The notes under the pieces are model-generated. The model had not been told where the DNA came from. It did no database searches and saw only the letters and a program-made list of their open reading frames with translations. A program made the translations under genes and the position numbers. From Chrysomallon squamiferum (Eukaryota > Animalia > Mollusca): DNA of 64,000 bases. Where the stretch lies: positions 12,462,001 to 12,526,000 of the forward strand of contig CM022675.1 in assembly GCA_012295275.1 (NCBI GenBank), written 5' to 3'. Below, one piece after another: positions 41,963 to 55,976 of this stretch. Positions within the stretch are counted from its first letter, which is position 1; each line of letters opens with the position of its first letter.

Positions 41963-43584
41963 TATCATCATTATTATTATCATTATTATTTTATTTATTA
42001 TTATTATTATTATTATTTAATTTTATGTTTATTCTTTTTTTATTTTTTTTTTTTTTTTTCAGCTATATTTAAAATGAACTGGTTTTTCCTAAATATTTAA
42101 TTTTCCTTGATTTTTGGTGGATTTTTTTCTTTTGTTGCTTTTTAAGAAAGTTTTGTCCTATGCTGCCTGGTTTTTAAAAGCAGATTATTTTCTGTTGCAA
42201 AATACTCAGTCTGAATGAACAACACAGAACACTCTCTTTCTTTCTGTTCCTAAGCTAAAACATGGTCTTATTAGATTTTTTTCTAATTTAATTTTATTTA
42301 CCTATAAAGAGCCTCATCATGTCTTTCACTGTTACACATGCAATTTTTTTTTTTTTATTTTTCAAGAATTGTGACCCTATCAGGGCCTCTTTTAGCAGGA
42401 GAAACTCTATTGCTTGTACTGCCATCTGGTTCCAAAACATTGTCTGTGGACCAGTCCATTTGTTTCTTGGGAGGTATGACTGGTGCATGCTACTCACCTA
42501 AACCCAGCTTCCTTCATTTTTGAAATAAATATCAACCAAATATACTTTCGTGAATAGATAAAGTTTATTTTTGAATCTAAACATGTTCTGATAATATCAA
42601 ATTACTGAAATTTAACTTAACATCTTCCACCCTGTCTCCCTAATTACAATAATAGACCAGTCAGGCTTGGGTTTCCCCTGTGGTGAACAAAGTTGGCTTG
42701 TTGAGTAGAAAGTGTAGAAGAATTTTCAATCTTTGCCATTCACAAGTGACTATATTCCAAGACAGAAGTTTCATCCAGTCAGTCGTCTGTGGAACTAGTG
42801 TAGCAGACATTCTTCAGCACACAGACCACACCCCAGCCTCACTTGGACAGGTTTTTTTTCTCTCTTACCTTTGATGATCAAGTGAAAGTCTGATATCAGC
42901 TCCTCAGAAGAAACTTGAAACACGTGTGATTTTTTTCTGCTGAAGTTTTTGAAAAAAAAAAAAAAAAAAAAAAAAAAGCTTAAAAAAGAAAAGAAAAGAA
43001 AACTTTCTCTTCATCAATTTGTTTACATCATCCTGTTCATTTCCAGAGGTGAGTGGTTCATTCTTGATTTGTGTGTTTCATAAATGTAACCTTTAAGATG
43101 CTGAATGAGCAGGTTTTTTTTGGTTTTAAATGCTAAGCTGTTGCACAGGTGAGCATAGGTAATATTACCCAGGTGAGTTCAGATAAGAAAGAGATGACTG
43201 TTTAATGATACTTGAGCACAAGAAACAGTTATTATGTGTATGAGTATAAGTTTGAAAATAGGACAACAAACCAAACAGAACTTTTTACCATGGATTTCTT
43301 TATTTCATTTTGTTGGAATTACAAACCTCGATATCGATAGATACACAGATAGAGAGAAGTTCAAGAGGGAAGGAAGGATGGGAGGGTAGATAGGATTCTT
43401 AATCTTTGTTTTCAGTAAATCACTTCAGTTTTTCAAACTTACAGACTTGCTTACATCATCACAATAAAATAACAAAAGCAGTCTGTACACACTATCTATC
43501 TAACACTGATAACTTCAACAAACACATTTGAACTTTCTCCATTTTTATCTCTTCTGTAAATCTGCTTAATGGATTTTGTATGCA

Positions 43585-43726
<142 letters not shown>

Positions 43727-44289
43727 ACATATATACTGGTTTCTGTCAAACAGTGACCCATCACATATTGAAATATTCACTCAAAAAAGTTTTAAATTCC
43801 ATATCCATTGTTTACTATATATATCAAAAAATGATAACAGTAGACATTATTTCAATATTTTTTAAATTCACAACAAAATTCTGTAAACAAAATAAACATG
43901 CATGGAAAATTTTTATTAGCATTAGATTTATTCCAGAAACTGAACTGTATCAGTATTAGCTTCATTTACTGGATGTATGTATGAACAGACATGTACACAG
44001 GGACTCAGACTTACCTCTGACTCTGTGTATCTGTCAAGTATGAGAAAATATTTAAATTAAATCAATTATCTATCACAGAACAACATCCAGCATCATTTCC
44101 ATCAGTGTTTTGTCAAAAGTTGTTTTAACTTCTTAATTAAAGTAAATCTTGTGTTTAAAATTATAGCTTACACAGACCAGCATGTTCAACTTATTTCCCT
44201 TTTCAGAAATCTTTTTAATTAAAGTTAGAAAAGAAAGTTAGGCCAAAAATGGAGGTTTAGACTTTTTTAAGCAATAATACTCACAACAG

Positions 44290-44308
44290 TAATAATAATA
44301 ATAATCAA

Positions 44309-44378
<70 letters not shown>
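44290..44378. repeat. (AAT)n microsatellite
   Basis: Directly visible. Confidence 0.97.
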
Positions 44379-44909
44379 GTAATGATAACAGCAAATAAAT
44401 ACATTTAAAAAGAAATTCTAAAAAGCTAAATAAATATATATACATATCTAAGAGAGATAACATACACTGTTCTAGCAGATGTAGCAAACAAATTACTCAA
44501 TTATTTTGAACTGATATCAGATGTTTCTTGTTAAAGTTAGTGTTCTAAATTAAAAACATTTCATGATATTCTTTTTCCAGATAACTTTATTATTTCACAT
44601 TAAGTTTTTACTTGACAGTTCACAGGTTTTCCATTCTCACTTGTAAAATCTCTTTTAGATCAGTAGCTACAGAAACTTTTTTTTAGTAAAAAGCAAAAAT
44701 AGTAAAAGAAATAAGAATTGAAATAAAAATAAAATAAAACAGAATAATGAAATAAAAATTTGAAAAAGATTAGCGCATAAAATGAAATGGAAATAAAATC
44801 TGAAATTTATTTATTTTTTTATGTTTCATTTAATTGGAGAATATTTTTTTTGTTCAAGTTATAAAAATTTTGGTTTTTATTATTTAAATTGTTTAAGACT
44901 TCTCTATTT

Positions 44910-45045
44910 TCAAAACTGTCCACCCTTCATCAATATTATTCCAACTTCTGCTTCAACAGCATCGTATTTCTAGACTTGGCAACAACTACAAAACATCTAC
45001 TAGCAGCTTCGTTGTTTATACGCACCTCCATTACACCACAAACTG
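44910..45045 (+). mobile_element. Probable decayed Penelope-like element reverse transcriptase fragment
   Basis: With frameshifts reads VHPS-IN-YSNFCFNSIVFLDL...LL..SLFIR, resembling the Penelope-type RT C-terminal pattern HPxIKFT...S(I/V)xFLD(L/V)...LxTxLYxKPT (pattern recalled, not searched). Confidence 0.4.
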
Positions 45046-45379
45046 AATACAGCAGTCTTCCTCCTTCCTTCCTTCCTACCTTTATTTCTCTTCACTCTCT
45101 CTGTTCTGTTATCCATTTGTCTGTCTTCTATTCCTTTTGTTTTGTCTCTCTATCTTTCTCTGCACTTTGACTCTCACCTTTGCTTTTTTTTTACTTTCTG
45201 TGTCTCTTCTCTCACTCTATTTCTTCATCTATTCTCTATCTTTTACTCTCTTTCTTTCCTTTCTCCCTTTTCTCTTTCTTTCCTTTCTCCCTTTTCTCTT
45301 TCTCTCACTCTGTCTGTCTGCCTCTTTATTATTATTTTTATTTTTCCATCTGAAACAAACCTACCTTCCTCTCACTCTG

Positions 45380-45660
45380 TGTTAATTCCTGACCCAGTGA
45401 CTCCTGGAGAAAATGGTTTCCGGCCTTCCACTAAATCATCCAGGTAAAATGTTACTGTTTTGAGCAGCGTGCCTGAAACCTCTCCGTGGTTTTGTCGTGC
45501 ATCGGCGAGGCGTGAGGCAGCAGCATGTGGCATAAGAAAGCGATTAACAGCCAGTGTCTGAACTTTGTGTACTGCCTCCCTGAACTTTACTTCACGATAC
45601 CGGGGGGGGGGGAGGGAGAGGCCAGCCTCATTTCCATTATTGTTTGTTAAAAACATGTAT
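45380..45660. promoter_or_regulatory. GC-richer enhancer-like island after a long pyrimidine tract
   Basis: Complex sequence with about ten CpGs and a G run, flanked by low-complexity DNA; ORF 45372-45656 is unrecognisable. Confidence 0.35.
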
Positions 45661-45740
45661 TTCCCACTGGGTAGAAAATTAAAGGTTCATGTTTGAGAAT
45701 GAAGTGAACTTCAGCTAAAAACAAATATTTTAAATATTAC

Positions 45741-45774
<34 letters not shown>

Positions 45775-46392
45775 TGCTTTTATTATTTCACAGAAAATAC
45801 TGAATACTTCTAGTATAAGACATTTTTTTTCATTTATTTTTTTTATTTATTTATTTTATTTATTTATTATCGAAGGCTTGAATGGGGACTAATAGAAAGG
45901 TTACACTGCTGAGGATAGATCCTGGTACATCATGATTCTGTTACATGATCTATAACACAGACAGACACAGTATTCTACTAGTGTAATATCTAAAATATCT
46001 TAAATCTAAACTTAAAACAAAAGAACATGCTTTGTATCTATTACAAATAAATCTCATCTGAAAACCTTTTTAAACCTGTTAAACATTCTTTAAATTATTT
46101 ATTTTTAATTTTAATTTTTTTTCTTCTATTCTTTCTTTTTATTTCCTCAATTTTTTTCTTTTAGTTTCCTTTTTTCTGTTTCTTTATTTTTTCAGTCATT
46201 TCTTCTGCTACTGTCTCTGTTAACACACTGAGCAAATCACCATTACTTCAAACACCAAGTTTTTCTTCATGAAATAAATGCATGCATGTGTGTTTTCATT
46301 GCCCTGAAATGTATGTGTAAAATGTTTTCACAGATGTGAAGTTTGTGTCTGAGGAGGAAGAAACCACTTGGTCACTGACTTTGTGAAGTGCA

Positions 46393-47097
46393 GTTATATC
46401 CACATACTGTTATATCCACATACTGTTATATCCACATACTGTTATATCCACATACTGTTATATCCACATACTGTTATATCCATACTGTTATATCCACATA
46501 CTGTTATATCCACTGTTATATCCACATACTGCTATATATCCACATACTGTTATATCCACATACTGTTATATCCACACACTGTTATATCCACATACTGTTA
46601 TATCCACATACTGTTATATCCACATACTGTTATATCCACATACTGTTATATCCACACACTGTTATATCCACACACTGTTATATCCACATACTGTTATATC
46701 CACATACTGTTATATCCACTGTTATATCCACATACTGTTATATCCACATACTGTTATATCCTACACACTGTTATATCCACATACTGTTATATCTACACAC
46801 TGTTATATCCATACTGTTATATATACACACTGTTATATCCACATACTGTTATATCCACACACTGTTATATCCACATACTGTTATATCCACATACTGTTAT
46901 ATCCACATACTGTTATATCACTGTTATATCCACATACTGTTATATCCACATACTGTTATATCCACATACTGTTATATCCACATACTGTTATATCCACATT
47001 GTTATATCCACATACTGTTATATCCACATACTGTTATATCCACATACTGTTATATCCACATACTGTTATATCCACATACTGTTATATCCACATACTG
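46393..47097. repeat. Minisatellite, 16-bp unit, about 45 copies
   Basis: Unit actgttatatccacat with occasional 12-14 bp deletion variants; 3 units = 16 codons explains ORFs 46368-47126 and 46388-47338. Confidence 0.98.
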
Positions 47098-47109
47098 TAT
47101 CATATATAT

Positions 47110-47202
47110 ATACATCTTTATTATAATATCTACATTTTACATCTTTATAACAATATCTACATTTTACATCTTTATAACAATATCTACATTTTACATCTTT
47201 AT
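47110..47202. repeat. Tandem repeat, 27-bp unit, about 3 copies
   Basis: acatctttataacaatatctacatttt. Confidence 0.9.
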
Positions 47203-48609
47203 CTTTTATAAAAAAAAATATATATATTACATTTTGTCAAAATATCAAAATATTATATATTTTATTGAAATATGTAAGTTACATATTTTATTAAAACATC
47301 ATATTTTTTATCAAAATGTTACATATATCTTTTATTAAAATACCTACATATTTTTATTAAAATGTCTACATATATCTTTATTAAAATGTCTACATATTAC
47401 TTCTTCTATCTTTTATCCTCTTCTCTCTATCTCTCACTCTTCTTCACCCTTTTTCTCTCATTCTCTTTTTTCTGTTTCTCTCAACTGTGTTTATTTCCAT
47501 TTACTGCTGTTTTAGGAGTTTTTTCTCTCTCTCTCTGTTCCTTCTCTTAATCTGCCTGTTCTTTCTTTTTGTCTTGTATTCCCCATCTTATAAACACAGA
47601 CACACAGACAGACAGACACACACTGAGATACATGTACTTAGAACTAAACACATGCATGCTCCTTCAAGCAAACACAACAGAATTTAACCAAAAAAATAAA
47701 AAAATGTTTTTGTCTGATAACAAAACCACAAATTTCAACCAAACAACATCATCATCATTGTCGTCATGGATTTGGGTACATGCATGCACAACTAATCAGA
47801 ATTATTCAAAACTCGTACCAGTAATGGATTAGCCAGAACTTTTCTTTGCCGGCTTTTGTATGGATTTGATCGAGAAACATTTTCTACCTTGGGTGCATTC
47901 AGTAATTCTGAAAATAATAGCCTCACAGATCCACGTTAAAGAAATATTTTTCCAGCTTTGTTTTTAATTGGATGGAGTGTGGCAAGGTATGGACATTATT
48001 GCTTTTGTTTTTCGTGTTTGGTGAGAAAAGGTCACAAAATGATGATGTATGATATATTAATTAATCTGTATTCTCAGGTGTTGAAATGCAGATTTGTATA
48101 TTTTTTTGGAACAAGTCATGTAGAAGATGTGTGTTTTTGTGTATTATGTATATATGGGTGTGTAGATTTGTGAACAAATGTGTGTACATGTGTGTGTTTA
48201 TAATGTTAAACAAATTACAGTATATGCATGTGTTTGGATATTCACATGTAATATATATTCATTGAACAAATTATCATTATATATGCACATACTGATATAA
48301 ACTAACATATCAAACATGTGTGACACATGTATGTGAAAACACACACAAAACAATCTCACAAATCTTTTGTCTCACACCTGCACACACACACAAACATGCA
48401 TCCTCAGAATCTCTCACACATGCACATGTATCCTCACAATCTCGAACATGCACACACAAAACACAAACAAGTTTTGTTTACATACTGCATGGAACAAGTT
48501 AGTACACAGTTAGGTGGTAGATACTAGACTTATCTACCATCAGACAGATACACTTGTGTTTACACACCTAGCCAGGAGCTTCACTTATCTGTGAGGTCCT
48601 CTGCTTTGT

Positions 48610-49065
48610 CTAAATATTAACTGTTAAGGTGATTACACAGCAAGTCATTTTATTGTAACGTTCAGCATGTGTTTTGTCTACATATCAAGAATTAAGGCAC
48701 ATTCACACCAGATCATTTGTCATAACATTGAGAATCTGTAGGTCTTTTTGTTTAAAAAAAAAACATTAACAAAAAATATTAACAGTTAAAATGTATTCAC
48801 ACCAAGTCATTTGTTGTAACATTCAGAATCTGTTTTGTTTAAATATTGATGGTTAATGAGCTGTTCACATCAAGTAACTTTTTTAACATTCAGCCTTTTT
48901 GGGAGGGGAGTTCTATTTTTAAAACATTCACATTCACAGAAAAGTCCAATTCACACTATGTAATTTGATGCAGTATTCAGAATCTTTTCATCTTCTTCTT
49001 AATTTTAACAGTTTCATGTTCAACATGTGTTAATTAAGGTGCATTCATACTTTGAAATTTATTTT
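48610..49065. repeat. Decayed tandem repeat
   Basis: Recurring ttaagg...attcacacca(a)gtcattt...taacattcagaatct. Confidence 0.65.
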
Positions 49066-49312
49066 AACTTCCTACCCATACAGCTTTGAGTTCTCAACAC
49101 CAGTCTGTCATACATGACAGTCAAAGGGTTAACAGCTACAACAAGTTAAACAGTTCACAGTGTGAACTGACTTGTGTGTATTTACATGTACAGTGGTAAA
49201 CATGTGTGTTAAGCTGTTATCATACCTAGCAATTACTTGTAACATTCACAGCATGATATTGAATATTTTATAATGTTTAGTTCTAAGTTTTTTCTTTATA
49301 GTTAATCATTAA

Positions 49313-49358
<46 letters not shown>

Positions 49359-50185
49359 ATATGTGTGCATGTGCATGCATGGCTTGTGTGTTTATCTTAA
49401 GGAACAATCACACATAAAGATTTGTTTAAATTTTCAGACTTTTGTTTTGTTTTGAAATTAACTGTAATAATTTCAATATATTTTCTAAAGGTGTGTTCAT
49501 ACTATACAACTTTGTAAGATTGTGTTTTTACATTTATAATAATCGATGTGTAAATAAATTTGCAATCACATCTAACAATTAATGGTAACATTCTTAAAGC
49601 TGTTTCTTTTTTGTTCAGTATAAAATTTCTAAAATATTTTACTATTATAAATACTTACAAAACAGAAACTAAAACAAGTTTACATCAAGCTATTTTATAC
49701 ATATAACATTAAATTTAGTCAATATTGATCATGTTTACAGTAAAAAAAAAAAAAAATTACACTATTTTTTAAAATGTTTAATTTTACTTTTTTAAACAGA
49801 TTTTTTTATGCTGCTTAAACATGATACTGTGGAAATAAATAATGATTTTGCATCTCAAAATAATTTTTTTTTAAAATGAATAATTTTTACATTCAGACAT
49901 TTAAGAAAGAATTAAGGAAAATGCAAAAAAGAAAGAAAAAGGAATAAAAACATATTAAAAACAAACAAAAGGAAATTATGATAAAGAAAATAAAAGAAAT
50001 GAAAAATGTAATTTAATTCTGTTTATCTATGTGTTAGAGATATGTTAGTATTGAGTGTCAGTATCACTTGTAATCAAACCTGTGCTGGTAGATATCTACG
50101 TATGTCTATACTTACATGTGTATAACACACAGCTTGTTCTAATTAATATAACACTCACTTTCATATGCATTTAAAATTTAGACAA

Positions 50186-50219
<34 letters not shown>

Positions 50220-50840
50220 TTTTTTATATTATTATTTTTTTCTCCATTTTGCTTTCATTTTTTTTTTGGCTATTTTTTTACTATTTTTTTAATTTTCGTT
50301 CTTTTAGAAATATTTTTTACTTATGTTCTTAATTTGTATTTTATAATTATTTAATAATAATAATAATAATAATAACAGTATAAGTAATAATAATAATAGT
50401 AATGATAACAACAAATAAATACATAATAACAATAATAATAATATTATTTTATTTATATCTATAAAATCAATTAAAAACCAATTACATACATATTTATTTT
50501 TTTTAATTGATTTTTGTTTTTTTTAAATAATCACACCGCAGTAAATATTTCAGGGGTACTGAATGGATGAGGTGGGAGTGTGTGAAATTATATACATTTT
50601 TTCAAAGCCACTGAGCCTGGTTCTGTTGATAAGAACAGAATGACAGTTGTGTGTGCATTTTTAAACAAAAACATTCGCTGATGATTGAAAAATGCACACT
50701 GAGCTGTTCATGGGAAATGCATTTGTGCAGAGAGGGTGCAAGTTTCAGCCACACCCCAGCTTGTATGACTTGAACAGATGTTGTTGTGTATTAGTGGGTC
50801 ATTGGTATAGACCAGTGGTTAGAACAGTAGTGTGAGGCAT

Positions 50841-51139
<299 letters not shown>

Positions 51140-54100
51140 TTATAAATATTAATGATAAATGATATAAAAAAACAAAATAATTAAAAACCCAAATAAAAAA
51201 ACAACCTTGTAGTTAGTAACTATCCATAAACAAAAAATGCATTCATCAGTTATTTATTGTTAACGACTTGTGTCCTCGCTGTGTTTAACAATTTTGAAGA
51301 AACAGTTGGAATATTTGGAGACAATTTAATACATTCTAAACTTATAACTTTATGGATCACTTTTCTTTCAGAATGTCAAACTTTTGCCATAAAAATGAGG
51401 TTTTTTTGCACTTCTCACAACATGTGTAAATGTTAAACTTTTCTTTATTTCAGAATTAATATGAAACTTTTCTGCACTTTTCCCTGACATGTTTTTGTAA
51501 TCATCATAAACAGTGAATATGTAACAGATCGAAAAGAAATGCAAAATAAGTTGTTAAAAAAATACATTTAACCATAATTAGAACTTAAAAGTGAAATAAA
51601 TCTAAATTAAAACAAATACAACAGGATGAGAATAATAATGTATTAGTGAAAACCAAATAATAAAACAAAACAGTAATAATAATAATAATAATAATTATAA
51701 TATAATAATGATAATAATAATAATAATTATAATAATTATGATGATAATATAATATTGATAATAATAACAGTAATGGAAATGGTAATTAGCATATTTTTTA
51801 TAATAATGTTTATTAAAACTATTACAACAACAACAACAACAACAACAACAATAACAGTTATTTCTGAAGTGGAAATGTATAAAATGTTGTTACTATTAAT
51901 GTTAAAACCCCCCAAATATATCAAAAATAAATTTTAATCAAAATAATATTCTTATTTACAACATACATTCATTCTTTCTTCCCTCACTTACAAAACAAAG
52001 AAGAAAAAAGATATTTTCTTTTCAACAAGCTGATATTACTGTTAATTGAGAAAGAGATTAGCTGAGATGAATTTTAACCAATCATCTTCAAGTATAATGA
52101 CAGCCCTTGACAGAACTGTCCATTTTGTTTTCTCCAACAGGTCAGTGGAAATGACAATAATTAAATGATAAATGGAAATAGAGATGAAGTTGGCTTCTCT
52201 GATAAAGATTTGTGGCCAATTTGATAAACATAATGGCTGCTATCTTCAAGAATTCAATGCATAGTGCAATAACAACTTTGTACAAAGTAATTCCATTGAG
52301 CACAAATTGCAGATAATTATCTTATTACTGTGTCTGTTGACACAAAAAGCTTCATGTGTTGGTGTGGATCTGTATAACTGGTCTTGTGTCCAGCTAATTT
52401 CAGACTTAGTTTTCTTGTGACAATTGCAAATGGATGGAATCTCGTGGTGTTTAAAACTGGCTGCAGATTAATTGTTGTATTTTTTTTTTTTTTTGGCACT
52501 AGGAATGATCAAATTATGGGCACATAAAACTTTTCTAATTAAGTCTGGAACAGACTCTTATAGTAAGATGAAATATAATTTTTTTTTTTTTTCAAGTTTT
52601 GTTAATTGTTTCAGTAAACACTCTTATTCTTTTCAAATAGTGTTTTTTTTTTAATGATTCGCATTTTGAACATCATATTTTATATATATAAAGATAATGT
52701 TTGGAATGTAGTCGGACTTGTTTAAAATTTTCCAATCTGTTTCAGTGATGATCAGAAGATACTAGTAAGGATTGTTTTTAGCTTTTCTAATTATTTCTTT
52801 TATGTTTATATTTATTAAGTACTGGACATAGACACACACATTTTAACCCTTTCCAAGTCTGCTTCCTAACTTTAAGGAATTTTTTCTCATATGATTTCTA
52901 TAATGGGATTGCAATAATGCATTTCTATAATGAAAAATATTTTATGCTTGTGTTGATCTATATATATTTTTTTAATTTTTGTGTATGTGTGTGTATATAT
53001 GTGTGGATGTGTACCTGTATGTATGTATGTATGCATATATGTATTAATGTATATATGTATGCATTTATGAAAATATGTATTATGTCTATATATGTGTGTG
53101 TATGTGTTATATCTGTAAATGTATGTATGTATTTGTTATATATGTGTGTATGTATGCATGTTTTTATATGTATGTATGTATGTGTGTGTGTATGTCTGTG
53201 TGTCATTCAGTAATATTAGAAATACTGAAGCTGTGATTCACAGAAGTGTGTGTTAACTAAAATACAAAATATATTAACTTTTACATAACAAAAACTTCAT
53301 AACTTTTTACAATTTTTATTACTGACCTTAACACCCACACCAGCCCTGTGTCCTGATTATCAAGGTAACCTGATTAGAGGGATTTCAGCACTTTGCTAGA
53401 GATTTGAACCAATCTGTCTGACATTAAATATGAACATCAGATAATTGTGCCACATGCATATTTCACCATCACAAACGTGAGCCACTTTGGTTCACATTGA
53501 TCAGTTCACTTGCTATTGTTCACTATTGATTGATTTAGACTGACAGCGGAATTAGCACACTGGCTGACTTTTTCCACAGTTTATCCAGCGGTGAGTATCA
53601 CCTTTTCAGAGTCCATTAGCAGAGTCAATAATATTTATTTGTATAATCTTTGTCATCAGTGTGTGCGTGTGTGATTGTGCATCTAGTACAGCCTATTCAG
53701 CTAATGTGTTGACTTTACAATGCAGCCACTCAGAACTACAATGTGTTGTATACCTCAGTTGTGTCACTAGAACTGTTGTTGTGTTTCTTTTACTGTTTGA
53801 TAAGGAGTTACATCACTTGAGTTGTGGTATATATGTTTTATTGTTTCAGGAGTTATGTAACTAGATTTGTTGAATATTCATTGTGTAAGCAGATATATCA
53901 CTGGAATTATTACGTGCATATTTTATTGTTTAATAAGGAATCATATCATTTTCACTGTTGTTGTGTATCATATGTTTTTTTTAATAAGGATTATGTCATT
54001 TGTATTATTGTACATAATTAATTGTTTAATGAGGACTTTTATCACTTGAAATCTTGTTTAAAAAGGAATTCTATTTCATTAAATTGTATGGACTAAAATA

Positions 54101-54182
54101 ACAAATATTTTTGTGTAAAAAAAATAATAATTGTATTATGTATATATTTTTTATTCATTGAAGAGTTGAATATTCATTTCAA

Positions 54183-54362
54183 CGCTAATCTTTCTGATTA
54201 GCATAAAGTGATCTTTTATATCTACCATCCCATCAACAGGAAGGTATTTATTTGTTTCTTTGGATACTTTTTCTGACTAGTGGAGAATTATTTCCATATA
54301 CAGGATAGAACGTACCAGAGCTATTGTTACAGTTATAGAGCACTGGTCAGAACAGGAAATAA
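54183..54362 (-). mobile_element. Decayed SINE copy
   Basis: tttctgattagcataaagtgatcttttatatctaccatccca...acaggatagaacgtacca is collinear with the reverse complement of 14328-14400. Confidence 0.6.
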
Positions 54363-54369
54363 TGAGTTT

Positions 54370-54980
54370 AATAACGTCGAATGACACTTTATTTGGTAAT
54401 TAAAAGCTGTATCGTGATTTAGACTGCGGTGCTGTGGTAACAATTAAAAACAATTTGCATTCACATATTGTTTTCATGTCAATCTTGTATTGTTTTCATG
54501 TCAATCTTGTATTGTTTCCGAATAGCGGTGAAGAAAATAAAAATTCATCACAAGTATTGCGAGTTCAGTGATCCGTGAAATGTGATGAATGGTCATTAAA
54601 TTTATCAAACAGTTAATTCCACTCAACGATGCAGTAAAGTCGCACGGAATGACTTCCACAACGGCGCCGTCTTACCGTAGCCGATGCGTAAAGCATTGCT
54701 ATTCTATTCTGATTTTGTTATACTTTGGCTTATTGTTGTCGCATATTCACTGGGGAATGATTAATTACTCCTTCATTGTGCATGAAAACGAGAGCTGAGT
54801 GTGAAAACGCAGAAATAAGAGAAATTCAATAATCTTGAGTTGGGCTATGAGAGCGAGGTGTCAATCAAGGTGTTTTTTAATTATTTTTTTATTTTATTTA
54901 TAACGGCATTCGCTGTAATCTTGTTTTGAATTTAATGACGAAACTGTGATACCTCAGTAAGCAAGATTATAAAACGATTT
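54370..54980. promoter_or_regulatory. CpG-retaining island (candidate unmethylated promoter or enhancer)
   Basis: About 25 CpGs by hand count in about 610 bp, against a background of only a few per kb. Confidence 0.55.
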
Positions 54981-55927
54981 TGAAACAAGATCTGTTTTAC
55001 TACAAGTGGTAATGATATTTCAGTCAAGTGAGATATTACAAGAGTAAATAATAAATGAGCCATTAGAGGGAACAAAGGAAACATTTAATAGTAAAAAAAA
55101 TCTAGTTAATGTTATTTTCTTTAATTTCGACATTACATACATGTATACATTCACACATACATTCACATAAACTTGCATACATACACACACACATACATGC
55201 ACACATAGACATAGACATAAAACATACATTAAAAACATGCATACATAATTAAGCACATACATATAAATACATATGACATACATACATATGTACATAAACA
55301 TTCACATATGCACACACCCACAAACACACACTCACATACACATCATACATACATGCATGTATACATACACACATACATTCATCACCTTTATTTACATAAC
55401 ATTCACATTAACAAGGATATTAACTTAAAACTTCATAAAATAATAAGCATTTCAACTGAGACTTCAAACATACATCAATTCTTCGTTTTCTTTTCTAATT
55501 CATATTTTTCTTTTTGAGACACATTTTTTTGAAATTATTCAACTATTTGCAGTTGAAAAATTGAGGCACAATTTCCTGCCGGCAGTTAACTTGGAATACA
55601 ATTAATATCTTCATTTCGCACAGAACCGGATTGATTTTTCTACCTGAGTCTTAGCTTCCCAGGTGTTGCATGCTCTACTCTAAGTAGCTACAATATTGAT
55701 TAAAACCAACGGTCTCACTCAACAGTTAAATTTGTCTTCAGAGCCGAATCATTTTCATCACAGCTGGACAGTGTTTGTACACTGCGGTATCAGTTTGGGT
55801 TAAACAGTGATGTGGACTTTGATTATTACAATCACAATATCAGTTTGATCTTTGACCAGTGTAATAAGATAAAACCTCAGTTTGTTCGTTCAGACACCCC
55901 AGTTCTAACTCTGACTTGTTTTTGCAG

Positions 55928-55976
55928 GGGATAGTTGAACACACACTACTTCAATCAGCTGGAGAGCAGTTACTTG
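55928..55976 (+). CDS. Candidate internal exon (49 nt); GIVEHTLLQSAGEQLL
   Basis: Branch-like ttctaac and tctgac, acceptor ttgtttttgcag|, consensus donor TTG|gtaagt; only the phase-0 frame is open. Confidence 0.65.

Noticed and set aside
42367-42473. 107-nt candidate exon (ttttcaag|...GAG|gtatga)
   Set aside because: Weak AAG acceptor, unrecognisable peptides, and it would break the frame between the two better exon candidates.
46393-47097. DnaA-box-like words (ATATCCACA versus TTATCCACA) suggesting a bacterial origin
   Set aside because: Mismatch to the consensus, simple tandem repeat, and no bacterial genes nearby.
46368-47338. Longest ORFs (252 and 316 aa) as genes
   Set aside because: Translations of a 16-bp minisatellite with non-ATG starts and no splice or compositional support.
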